Below are positions 8,859-17,111 of a DNA stretch of 36,722 bases, piece by piece. The notes below the pieces were generated by a model that worked only from the letters and a program-made list of their open reading frames with translations, searched no databases and was not told the origin of the DNA. Made by a program: the position numbers and the translations under genes. The stretch is from contig JBDQPD010000026.1 of the NCBI GenBank assembly GCA_040260805.1, positions 1 through 36,722 of the forward strand, read 5' to 3'. This DNA comes from Myxococcota bacterium (GTDB lineage Bacteria; Myxococcota; UBA4151). Every line of letters begins with the position of its first letter. Within the stretch, counting starts at the first letter, position 1.

Positions 8859-11800
8859 ATGCGTCTTCTTACTGTCGTCTTATTCGCCATGGTCTTGAAC
8901 TCCTGTGGGGGCTCACAAGTGGTCGTGCGCGAAACCCAAGCCAACTGCGGCGACGGGGTCGTCCAAACCGGTGAGCAATGCGATGACCAAAATGAGGACA
9001 CCAACGACGCCTGCACCAATTTTTGCTCGGTGGCGGTCTGCGGTGATGGCGTGCTGCGCAACGACCTTGAAGAAGGCGACCCGGGGTACGAAACCTGCGA
9101 CGACAGCAACGCGGTCGATGATGACGCCTGCACCAGCTTGTGTCGGACTGCGGCTTGCGGCGACGGCGTTTTGCGTGTCGACCTGAGCGAGGGTGATGAA
9201 GGCTACGAATATTGTGACGATGGCAACTCAGACGATTACGACGCCTGCCGCACCAACTGCCAAGAGGCGCGCTGCGGTGACGGCGCACTGCGCACGGATC
9301 TGGACAGCGACCAACGCGGCTACGAAGCCTGCGATGATGGCAACGAGGACGACACCGACACCTGCCTGTCGAACTGCCAAGAACCCACCTGCGGTGATGG
9401 CATCGTCTCAGTGGGTGAAGGCTGCGATGATGGCAACGAAGACCCGACCGACGGCTGCGCGAACTGCGTGCCGGCGACCTGTGGCGACGGCGTCGTGCAA
9501 GAGAACGAGCAATGCGATGATGGCAACACCGACGACGATGACGCCTGCTTGAGCACCTGCGCTCCCGCTCGCTGTGGCGATGGCGTCATCTATACCGATG
9601 TCGAAGCCTGCGATGACGGCAACGCCGATGACCGCGACGCCTGCACCCGGGGTTGCGTGGTGGCGCGCTGCGGCGATGGCATCATGCGTCGCGACATCGA
9701 GCCGGGTCAGGTCGGCTTTGAAGAGTGTGATGATGGCAATGAGATCGACGGTGATGGCTGCTCAACAGCCTGCGGCCTCGAGCGCTGCGGGAACGGGCGC
9801 GTCGACGATGGCGAAGGCTGTGACGACGGCAACCAGGTCGACTCGGACGCCTGCACGTCGGGCTGCGTCGTCGCCCGCTGCGGTGACGGGATTCTACGTC
9901 GCGGCGAGGAGCAGTGCGACGACGGCAACGAGAGCGACACCGACGCATGCACGGCGGGCTGCATGATCGCTCGCTGCGGCGACGGGCACATCTGGGAAGG
10001 GCGAGAAGACTGCGATGACGGCAACCGTATCGACACCGACGCCTGCTCAAACCGATGCCTCGGCGCACGCTGCGGCGATGGAATCGTCAGCGGCGACGAG
10101 CAATGCGATGACGGTAACCAGCTCAACGATGACGCCTGCACCAACGCCTGTCAGGGCGCACGCTGCGGCGACAACATCGTCCAACGCGGCGTCGAGTCCT
10201 GCGACGACGGCAACCAGGTCGACACCGACGCGTGCACCGCGCAGTGCCTGCGCGCTCGATGCGGCGACGGGATCACCCGTGAGGACTTAGCAGAGGGTGA
10301 TCTGGGTTACGAATCCTGCGATGATGGGAACTTGATCGATCGCGACGCCTGCACCGCGCAATGCCTCGTTGCACGCTGCGGTGATGGCGTCGTCCATATC
10401 GGGCAAGAAGAGTGTGACGACGGCAACCAGGTCGACAACGACACCTGCCGAAACACTTGCTCGGTCGCTCGCTGCGGTGATGGCGTGCGCGGACCAGGCG
10501 AAGAATGCGACGACGGCAATCAGCTCGATTTTGACGCCTGCTCAAACGGATGCCGTGCGGCGCGCTGCGGCGACGGTCTGCGCCAGCCCGGTGAGGCTTG
10601 TGATGACGGCAACCGAATCAACGTCGACGCGTGCACTAACGCCTGCACCGTCGCGCGCTGCGGAGACAACATCGCTCGAGAGGACATCGAGCAAGGTCAA
10701 GAGGGCTTTGAGGCTTGTGACGACGGTAACGAGGACAACGGCGATGCCTGCCTCAACACCTGCGCCGCAGCTCGTTGTGGCGATGGGATGGTCCGAATTG
10801 GCATGGAAGAATGTGATGACGGCAACCAGCTGCAAACGGACGCGTGCCTCAACAACTGCTCCACCGCGAGCTGTGGCGATGGCTTAGTCCAAGATGGCGT
10901 CGAGGCCTGCGATGATGCCAACGAGGTGCAGACCGATGCCTGCCTCAACTCCTGCCAAAATGCCTCCTGCGGCGACAACTTCGTGCAGCAAGATGTCGAG
11001 GCCTGTGATGACGGCAACGAAGTCCAGACCGATGGCTGCCTCAACAGCTGCATCGTCGCCTCGTGCGGCGACGGACAGATCCAAGAGGGCGTCGAAGCTT
11101 GCGACGACGGCAACGCAACCCAAACCGACGCCTGTCTCAACGACTGCACCGCCGCCTCATGCGGTGACGGGCAGGTCCAAGACGGGGTCGAAGCCTGTGA
11201 TGATGGCAACCCAAACAACGATGACGCCTGCCGCAACAACTGCACCTGGTACTTGGGTGAGGTTCAGGGTGCGCCGGCGCGCAGCTGTAACGTGCTGCTC
11301 GCCGCTCGCCCAGGCGCACCAAGCGACACGTATTGGATCGACCCGAACGGTGGCGGAACCGATGACGCCCGTCAGATCTATTGCGACATGACGACCGATG
11401 GTGGTGGCTGGAGTTTGGTAGCGAACACCAAGGGCTCAACGCTCAACGATCAAGGCTCCGCCTACTACAGTGATCTCGCCAATCTCGTACCGTCATCGGC
11501 GCACGATGGGATTTGGGAAGGCATGCGCGGCAGCGTCGACGGGTCATCCGATATTCGCTTTACGTGTAAGCTTGACCGAAACGCCAACAGCTACTCTGTC
11601 GATTTGAGCTTCTACAACATTGGATGGTATCGTGAAATCACAGCATCGCGTAGCGACGCTCAGGTGTGTTTTGAAGAGCAGAACGGCGCCGGGGATACGC
11701 AGCCGACACCGCGTCGAAAGAACAACTTGAACAACCAGACCCTTCCAGCAGGGGATCAATGGGGGGCTGGGTTCCTAGAGGGTGAAGATTCTTGCGGCGA

Positions 11801-11954
11801 TACGAACGACTTTACGGTCGACTTCGATGACCGCGGCATGGACAACAACCAGAACGACGGGACCGACTGGGGTGAAGACGACACCTCAAGGAAATGCGGT
11901 TCAAGCACGGGTGGAACCAACGCGTCGTGGCAAATCTGGGTCCGAGAGCTTTAA
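8859..11954 (+). CDS. Lipoprotein with 23 myxococcal Cys-rich (DUF4215-type) repeats and a C-terminal fibrinogen-like (YCDxxxxGGGW) domain
   Basis: Signal [16 protein letters not shown] (lipobox-like) with AGGAG RBS upstream. CGDG...E.CDDGN....D.C...C repeats, then SC...YWIDPNGG...[15 protein letters not shown]. Confidence 0.9.
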   Translation: MRLLTVVLFAMVLNSCGGSQVVVRETQANCGDGVVQTGEQCDDQNEDTNDACTNFCSVAVCGDGVLRNDLEEGDPGYETCDDSNAVDDDACTSLCRTAACGDGVLRVDLSEGDEGYEYCDDGNSDDYDACRTNCQEARCGDGALRTDLDSDQRGYEACDDGNEDDTDTCLSNCQEPTCGDGIVSVGEGCDDGNEDPTDGCANCVPATCGDGVVQENEQCDDGNTDDDDACLSTCAPARCGDGVIYTDVEACDDGNADDRDACTRGCVVARCGDGIMRRDIEPGQVGFEECDDGNEIDGDGCSTACGLERCGNGRVDDGEGCDDGNQVDSDACTSGCVVARCGDGILRRGEEQCDDGNESDTDACTAGCMIARCGDGHIWEGREDCDDGNRIDTDACSNRCLGARCGDGIVSGDEQCDDGNQLNDDACTNACQGARCGDNIVQRGVESCDDGNQVDTDACTAQCLRARCGDGITREDLAEGDLGYESCDDGNLIDRDACTAQCLVARCGDGVVHIGQEECDDGNQVDNDTCRNTCSVARCGDGVRGPGEECDDGNQLDFDACSNGCRAARCGDGLRQPGEACDDGNRINVDACTNACTVARCGDNIAREDIEQGQEGFEACDDGNEDNGDACLNTCAAARCGDGMVRIGMEECDDGNQLQTDACLNNCSTASCGDGLVQDGVEACDDANEVQTDACLNSCQNASCGDNFVQQDVEACDDGNEVQTDGCLNSCIVASCGDGQIQEGVEACDDGNATQTDACLNDCTAASCGDGQVQDGVEACDDGNPNNDDACRNNCTWYLGEVQGAPARSCNVLLAARPGAPSDTYWIDPNGGGTDDARQIYCDMTTDGGGWSLVANTKGSTLNDQGSAYYSDLANLVPSSAHDGIWEGMRGSVDGSSDIRFTCKLDRNANSYSVDLSFYNIGWYREITASRSDAQVCFEEQNGAGDTQPTPRRKNNLNNQTLPAGDQWGAGFLEGEDSCGDTNDFTVDFDDRGMDNNQNDGTDWGEDDTSRKCGSSTGGTNASWQIWVREL
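8946..11243 (+). repeat. Intragenic tandem array of 23 Cys-rich repeats (about 30-39 aa each)
   Basis: Counted by hand from CG[DN][GN] units in the translation. The nucleotide copies are degenerate. Confidence 0.9.
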
Positions 11955-11968
11955 ACCGATCGGTTTAA
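11951..11968. promoter_or_regulatory. Perfect 18-bp palindrome overlapping a stop codon (hairpin/terminator-like element or protein-binding site)
   Basis: TTAAACCGATCGGTTTAA equals its own reverse complement. Function not determined. Confidence 0.4.
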
Positions 11969-12020
11969 GCTAGTTCATCCTGCGCTCGCTGGGTATCGGC
12001 GACGGCACGGAGAAGCTTTC

Positions 12021-13610
12021 ATGAGCTCAATTGACGCCGAACGGGTGCGCCGACGCACCTTCGCCATCATCTCGCACCCTGATGCGGGAAAGACCACCAT
12101 GACCGAGAAGCTGCTGCTCTTTGGTGGCGCGATTCAAATGGCGGGTACCGTTCGCTCTCGCAAAGCCGACCGCCACGCGACCTCCGACTGGATGAAGATG
12201 GAGCAAGAGCGTGGGATCTCGGTCACCACCTCGGTGATGCAGTTTCCTTTCGGTGAGCACGTCATCAACCTGCTCGACACCCCAGGTCACCAGGACTTCT
12301 CTGAAGACACCTACCGAACCCTCACGGCAGTGGATTCGGCGCTGATGATGATCGACGCTGCTCGTGGTGTGCAGAGCCAGACCGTCAAGCTCCTCGAGGT
12401 CTGCCGCATGCAACGCAGCCCGATCATGACCTTCATCAACAAGATGGACCGCGAAGGACGCGATCCGCTCGAATTGATGGAGGAGATCGAAGATGTTATG
12501 GGGTTGCGCTGCATCCCCTTTACGTGGCCGATCGGCAGCGGACAGAGCTTCCAAGGCGTCTACAATCTCCACCGAAAACAGCTCGAGCTCTACCGACCGT
12601 CAGAGGGTGGCGGCGGGGCGCTGCCCGAAGAGGTGATCGGCGTGGACCTCGAGGACGCCAAGCTCGACGAGTTAATCGGTGAATACGCCGCTGAGCAATT
12701 GCGAGAAGAGGTCGAGCTGGTGGTCGAAGCTGGCGATGCATTTGATCTAGATGCCTACCTCAAAGGTCATCAAACCCCCGTCTTCTTTGGCTCAGCGCTC
12801 AACAACTTTGGGGTGCGAGAATTCCTCGATACCCTAGTCGAATTGGCGCCAACGCCCGGCGTGACCGAAACCAGCGAGCGACTCGTTGAGCCCGACGAGA
12901 AGAAGGTCATGGGTTTTGTGTTCAAAATTCAGGCGAATATGAACGCCTCACATCGGGACCGGATCGCCTTCATGCGCGTCTGTTCGGGCGAATTCCAGCG
13001 CGGCATGAAGCTGCGCCAAGTCCGCACGGGTAAGGACCTTCGGATGCACAACCCGATCACCTTCATGGCCAAAGATCGCTCCATCGTCGAAACCGCTTAC
13101 CCAGGTGATATTGTCGGTCTTCATGACAAGGGCTCGATCCAAGTTGGTGACACGTTTTCAGAGGGCGAAGCCTTAAAAGTCACGGGCATCCCCCACTTCG
13201 CTCCAGAGCTTTTTCGCAAAGTTCGCCTAGAAAACCCGCTCGCAACCAAAGCGCTGCACAAAGGGCTGACACACCTCGGAGAAGAGGGCGCGGCGCAGGT
13301 CTTTCGGCTGCAGCTCGGCGGCGACCTGATCGTCGGCGCGGTGGGTGCCTTGCAGTTTGAGGTGGTCGCTCACCGACTGCGCGATGAATACCGAGTCGAC
13401 GCAGCCTGGGAGACGGTCGAATTTACCTGCGCTCGTTGGCTGAGCGGCGACGAGCAGAGTATTCAGAGCCTAGCCAAGCTGTATCCTCGGAACATGGCGA
13501 CCGATTCACGCCAGCACCTCGTCTTTCTCGCTCGAGGCGAGTTCCAGATCAGGAGCATTCACGAGCGCCATGAAGGGCTGCGCTTTGATGCGACCATGGA
13601 GATGGTCTAG
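12021..13610 (+). CDS. prfC: Peptide chain release factor 3
   Basis: RRTFAIISHPDAGKTT, SDWM.ME.ERGISV, DTPGHQDFSEDTYR, NKMD, FKIQANM..HRDR. Confidence 0.98.
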   Translation: MSSIDAERVRRRTFAIISHPDAGKTTMTEKLLLFGGAIQMAGTVRSRKADRHATSDWMKMEQERGISVTTSVMQFPFGEHVINLLDTPGHQDFSEDTYRTLTAVDSALMMIDAARGVQSQTVKLLEVCRMQRSPIMTFINKMDREGRDPLELMEEIEDVMGLRCIPFTWPIGSGQSFQGVYNLHRKQLELYRPSEGGGGALPEEVIGVDLEDAKLDELIGEYAAEQLREEVELVVEAGDAFDLDAYLKGHQTPVFFGSALNNFGVREFLDTLVELAPTPGVTETSERLVEPDEKKVMGFVFKIQANMNASHRDRIAFMRVCSGEFQRGMKLRQVRTGKDLRMHNPITFMAKDRSIVETAYPGDIVGLHDKGSIQVGDTFSEGEALKVTGIPHFAPELFRKVRLENPLATKALHKGLTHLGEEGAAQVFRLQLGGDLIVGAVGALQFEVVAHRLRDEYRVDAAWETVEFTCARWLSGDEQSIQSLAKLYPRNMATDSRQHLVFLARGEFQIRSIHERHEGLRFDATMEMV

Positions 13611-13611
13611 A

Positions 13612-13626
13612 CGGCGCACCCGTTGC
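13612..13626 (+). promoter_or_regulatory. Possible sigma-54 (-24/-12) promoter
   Basis: CGGCGCACCCGTTGC has GG-N10-GC spacing with TTGC, 45 bp upstream of ATG 13672. It is an imperfect match to TGGCAC-N5-TTGC. Confidence 0.25.
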
Positions 13627-13671
13627 GGTCAAAGGAGCGTTGCGGTAAGCCCTCCTAGTGGAGACCACCCT

Positions 13672-15309
13672 ATGGCTCGTCTGATTCAAAGCATCGCCTT
13701 CGCCGCGCTCATCGTAGCCTGCGGTCCTCCTGCAACCAACAGCTCAAGCGGTAACGGCAACGCTCGAGGCGGCACCTCATGCGTCGTGGATACCGAGTGC
13801 AATCCGGGCGAGGCTTGCCAAAATGGAAGCTGCGTCGAGGCAGCGGGCTGCCGAGCCGATGCCGACTGCGGCAACGATCAAATCTGCGACAATGGGCAAT
13901 GCACCAGCGCTTCGAGCAGCTGCGAGGACATGCGGGACTGCCTTGAGGGCGAAATCTGCCAGGACAACCGATGCGTTCCTCAAGGCGCGTCTTGCACAGC
14001 AGACCGAGACTGTGAACGCGGTGAAAACTGCGAGAACGGCCGCTGCCAACGCGGCGACGGAAGCTGCGGCAGTGACAACGATTGTCCGGTGGGGCAAAGC
14101 TGCCGAGATGGGCAATGTTTGACCACGAGCGGTGGCGATGAATGCCTGCGTAATCGCGACTGCCCGAACGGGCAGATTTGCGACAACGGAAACTGTGTCG
14201 CCGAGGGAAGCTGCACCGGCGACCGGGATTGCGGCGTGGGTGAAGCCTGCCAAAACGGTCAATGCGTCGCCGTGGGCGGTGGCGGTTGCCGGACGCACGT
14301 CCAATGCACCGAGCCGCAAGTGTGCGTGATCCCTGCAGGTCAAGCGGCTGGCAGCTGCCAGTCGATGGTGGGTCAAGGTTGCGCCGGTGATTCAGACTGT
14401 GAGTTTACCGACAGCCAAAACAACACCGCCTCGGGCACCTGTGAAGCGGGTCGTTGCAAGGTGAGCCAGTTCGGCACCTGCGCCGGTGAGACCGATTGCA
14501 CCAACGAGATGACCTGCACCACGCTCCCCAACCAGAGCCGCTTGTGCCTCAAAGAATGCCAATCCAACTCAGTCTGTGACTCGAGCCTCAAGTGTGAGAC
14601 CCAGATCAATCGGTGCTGGTACAATCTGTGCGGGAGCCCAACCGAGGTCGGGCCAGGGTTCAGGGACAGCGTCAACAATGGACGTTTGGGTGGCGCGTGC
14701 AACGCCGATGGAACCAACGACGGCACCTGCGTCGAGGTCTCTGCGGGGGAGAACGACTGGGTAGGTTTGTGCATCGAAGGTGGCAGTCAGGCGGTTGGTC
14801 AAAACTGCTTGTTTGAGACCAGCCGCGACGACAACGCCAACCAATGCGTCGGCGGCGCAACCTGCCACTTCGACAACGACCGGCGGCGTGGAGCCTGCGT
14901 CAGCTCATGCAGCGCTGAAGGCACGCGTGGGTCGGTGCGCTGTAGTGGCAGCACGACCTGCATTGCGGGTCGGTGCCTATCACCTGGACAGCTCTGCAAT
15001 CCGGGCACCCGTGACAACTGCGGTCCAGCCGGCGTGTGTGCGGTGGGGAACTGGGAATCCGAGGACGGTCTGTGCATCGTTCAAGAGATGAACACCGTGG
15101 CGATCGGCGGCGACTGCGAAGACACCGCTCAGTGCTCAGATGGTTCGGTCTGCCTGGCGCTTCAAGCTGGTCAAGGCTCAACCTGCCTTGCGATCTGTCG
15201 TCCCAACGGCGGAGGAGTCTCCTGCCCGAACGGCACGACGTGCAACTCGATCCCTCAGCTAAGCCAAGGGCAAGTTGGAGGCAACTGGGGCTTGTGCGTC
15301 GCTGGCTAG
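13672..15309 (+). CDS. Cys-rich repeat lipoprotein (Dickkopf-N/EB-like C-x5-C-x5-C-x4-C units), no recognisable catalytic domain
   Basis: GGAG RBS before ATG 13672 and signal MARLIQSIAFAALIVA-C. Seven regular units such as CRADADCGNDQICDNGQC, followed by further Cys-rich modules. The listed start 13570 overlaps prfC and is unlikely. Confidence 0.85.
   Translation: MARLIQSIAFAALIVACGPPATNSSSGNGNARGGTSCVVDTECNPGEACQNGSCVEAAGCRADADCGNDQICDNGQCTSASSSCEDMRDCLEGEICQDNRCVPQGASCTADRDCERGENCENGRCQRGDGSCGSDNDCPVGQSCRDGQCLTTSGGDECLRNRDCPNGQICDNGNCVAEGSCTGDRDCGVGEACQNGQCVAVGGGGCRTHVQCTEPQVCVIPAGQAAGSCQSMVGQGCAGDSDCEFTDSQNNTASGTCEAGRCKVSQFGTCAGETDCTNEMTCTTLPNQSRLCLKECQSNSVCDSSLKCETQINRCWYNLCGSPTEVGPGFRDSVNNGRLGGACNADGTNDGTCVEVSAGENDWVGLCIEGGSQAVGQNCLFETSRDDNANQCVGGATCHFDNDRRRGACVSSCSAEGTRGSVRCSGSTTCIAGRCLSPGQLCNPGTRDNCGPAGVCAVGNWESEDGLCIVQEMNTVAIGGDCEDTAQCSDGSVCLALQAGQGSTCLAICRPNGGGVSCPNGTTCNSIPQLSQGQVGGNWGLCVAG
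13780..14265 (+). repeat. Seven intragenic four-cysteine repeats
   Basis: Consensus C-x-x-D-x-D-C-x-x-G-x-x-C-x-x-G-x-C, repeated about every 23-27 aa. Confidence 0.8.
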
Positions 15310-16256
15310 ACGCCCAGAGCCTCGTACAAAGCTTCGGGCTCCACCACTGCATCCGCGGCGAAGGCGTGGCCGAGCAGCCGCTCGTGTAAGTCGGCATAAA
15401 CCATCGCGAGATCAACGCGCAGCTCAGCAGGAATCTGAGGCGGCGTCCCCTCGCCTTGGTAACCCTGACCAATCAGCCACTGGCGAATGTTCTCTTTGTC
15501 GAGCATGCGCTGTGGCTCACCGGCAGCGAAGCGGGCTTCGTACTCATCCGCTACCCAATAACGACTCGAGTCGGCGGTGTGGATCTCGTCAATGACGCAG
15601 AGCTCGCCGTCGATCATGCCAAACTCATATTTGGTATCGACGAGAATCAGCCCTTGGGCAGCGGCTAACTCTTCACCGCGCACAAAGAGCTTCATCGCTT
15701 TGTCGCAGGCGTCATCGAGCAGCTCTTGGGGCACGTAGCCGCCTTCGACCAAGCCGCGTCGACTGATCGGCTCATCGTGCTCACCCACAGCTGCTTTCGT
15801 GGAGGGCGTAATGATCGGGGTCTCAAAGCGCTGATCGGCTTTCAGATCAGTTGCCAGCGGGACCTCATAAACGCCCGACTCGCCACGCTGGTAGGCGCGC
15901 CACAACGAGCCGGTAATATAGCGTCGAACAATAATCTCTGCAGCAATCGGAGCAGCCTTTTTGACCCTCAGAACATTCGGATGCGGTCGATCGATCATGT
16001 GGTTGGGGCAGAGATCCTCGGTCGCTTTGAATGCAGCTTCGGTGATGCTGTTAAGGATCGCGCCCTTACAAGGAACCGAGGTCAACACGACGTCAAAGGC
16101 GCTCAGACGATCGCTCGTCACCATGATGATCTCCTCATCACCGATGAACATGTCTCGGACTTTACCTTTGTAGTGCGTGCCAAAAGCAGACAACCGCTCA
16201 GCATCAACCGCTGTGAAGTGATCGGCCAAACGTTTTTCGAGTGCTTTGCGTAGCAT
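15306..16256 (-). CDS. purC: Phosphoribosylaminoimidazole-succinocarboxamide (SAICAR) synthase
   Basis: YKGKVRD, SDRLSAFD, TPSTKA, LVDTKYEFG, DEIHTADSSRYW, LDKE. Confidence 0.96.
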   Translation of the reverse strand: MLRKALEKRLADHFTAVDAERLSAFGTHYKGKVRDMFIGDEEIIMVTSDRLSAFDVVLTSVPCKGAILNSITEAAFKATEDLCPNHMIDRPHPNVLRVKKAAPIAAEIIVRRYITGSLWRAYQRGESGVYEVPLATDLKADQRFETPIITPSTKAAVGEHDEPISRRGLVEGGYVPQELLDDACDKAMKLFVRGEELAAAQGLILVDTKYEFGMIDGELCVIDEIHTADSSRYWVADEYEARFAAGEPQRMLDKENIRQWLIGQGYQGEGTPPQIPAELRVDLAMVYADLHERLLGHAFAADAVVEPEALYEALGV

Positions 16257-16323
16257 ACAACCCCCGTAGCTTCCGGTGGGTTGAAGTCCTCGCCAGCTCT
16301 ATTCGGCGAGTAACGAAAGTGCC

Positions 16324-17010
16324 TTAGTCGAAGGCGACCGGGAAGCTTACGGGGCGCACCTTGCCCACGAAGGTGGGATAGTCAAGCCGCCTCATCACGC
16401 CGACCATACAACGACCCATCGGCGACGAGGCCACCCCATGCGGGTGGATCAGCACGTCGGTCACGGCGCCGCTGTTCTGAATGATGTAACTCAGCACCAT
16501 CTTCTTGGGGACTTCGCCGCCGTGCAGCTGGAACCGTTCGGCGCATCCTTGCAGCGCAGGTTGCACCTCTTCAAAGCCCTCAGAGATGCGGCCACGTCCG
16601 ATGCCACCGTTTGCTTCGGCGACCTCAGTCGATGAATCGACTCGAACATCTGCTGGGGTCTCCGCTGAATCACCGAGCATAAGCTCCGATCCAGGTGGAG
16701 GATGCACCTGACTCGCTACCGACCATGCGCTCACGCACAGCGCTGCGACCAAACCCGCCATACCAAAGCCTCGACGCAGCGACGCTTCACGATCACGAGC
16801 GCGAAGATTTTCTGCCGAGCCGAGCAGCAGCTCCCAGTCTTCGACGCGCTCAACAGGGATCCAGTCCCCATCATCGCATCGCACCGGCATGCCACGGGTT
16901 ACGTCTCCGTCGAGGATCCGAGCGCGCAGAACATCTTCGGTCACCGGACCGAATACGCTTCCTTGCTTACGCCAGAACCAGCCTTTTTCGGCCACGACGA
17001 ACACCCCCAT
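16324..17010 (-). CDS. GYF_2 (DUF4339) domain membrane protein with AgmX/PglI-type TonB-C-like C-terminal domain
   Basis: WF......FGPV....L...I..G........V......W (GYF_2), one TM (GFGMAGLVAALCVSAWSV), then LQGC...YIIQNSGAV...MGRCM...YP.F...VSFPV. GGAGG at 17021-17025 favours ATG 17010. Confidence 0.75.
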   Translation of the reverse strand: MGVFVVAEKGWFWRKQGSVFGPVTEDVLRARILDGDVTRGMPVRCDDGDWIPVERVEDWELLLGSAENLRARDREASLRRGFGMAGLVAALCVSAWSVASQVHPPPGSELMLGDSAETPADVRVDSSTEVAEANGGIGRGRISEGFEEVQPALQGCAERFQLHGGEVPKKMVLSYIIQNSGAVTDVLIHPHGVASSPMGRCMVGVMRRLDYPTFVGKVRPVSFPVAFD

Positions 17011-17111
17011 TTTTGGCACCCCTCCATAAAGGGCCGATCAGGCCCAAAGCAAGAACAGCTTCAAAAACAGTGTACGTCAGACGGCGGACCCGGCCAAATT
17101 TTATGCTCAGG

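Noticed and set aside
8946..11243. Periodic DNA resembling a CRISPR array
   Set aside because: The repeats are degenerate at third codon positions and in frame within a CDS, with no identical repeat/unique spacer pattern and no cas genes.
8852..11245. Several antisense ORFs rich in PSSQ/PSPQ repeats opposite the DUF4215 gene
   Set aside because: They mirror the CDDG/CGDG coding repeats in GC-rich DNA and have no independent coding features.
15306..15309. 4-bp overlap of convergent stop codons (also at 3941-3944)
   Set aside because: This is common in compact bacterial genomes and not informative by itself.
16257..16323. ZMP/ZTP (pfl) riboswitch upstream of purC
   Set aside because: Only short words match. 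The GUGG arm and the 3' GCCG..CGCCUGGGC hairpin are missing and the gap is too short.
17031..17045. GGGCC-N5-GGCCC hairpin as an intrinsic terminator
   Set aside because: It has only a 5-bp stem and a short U-tract, and sits directly before the next co-directional RBS.
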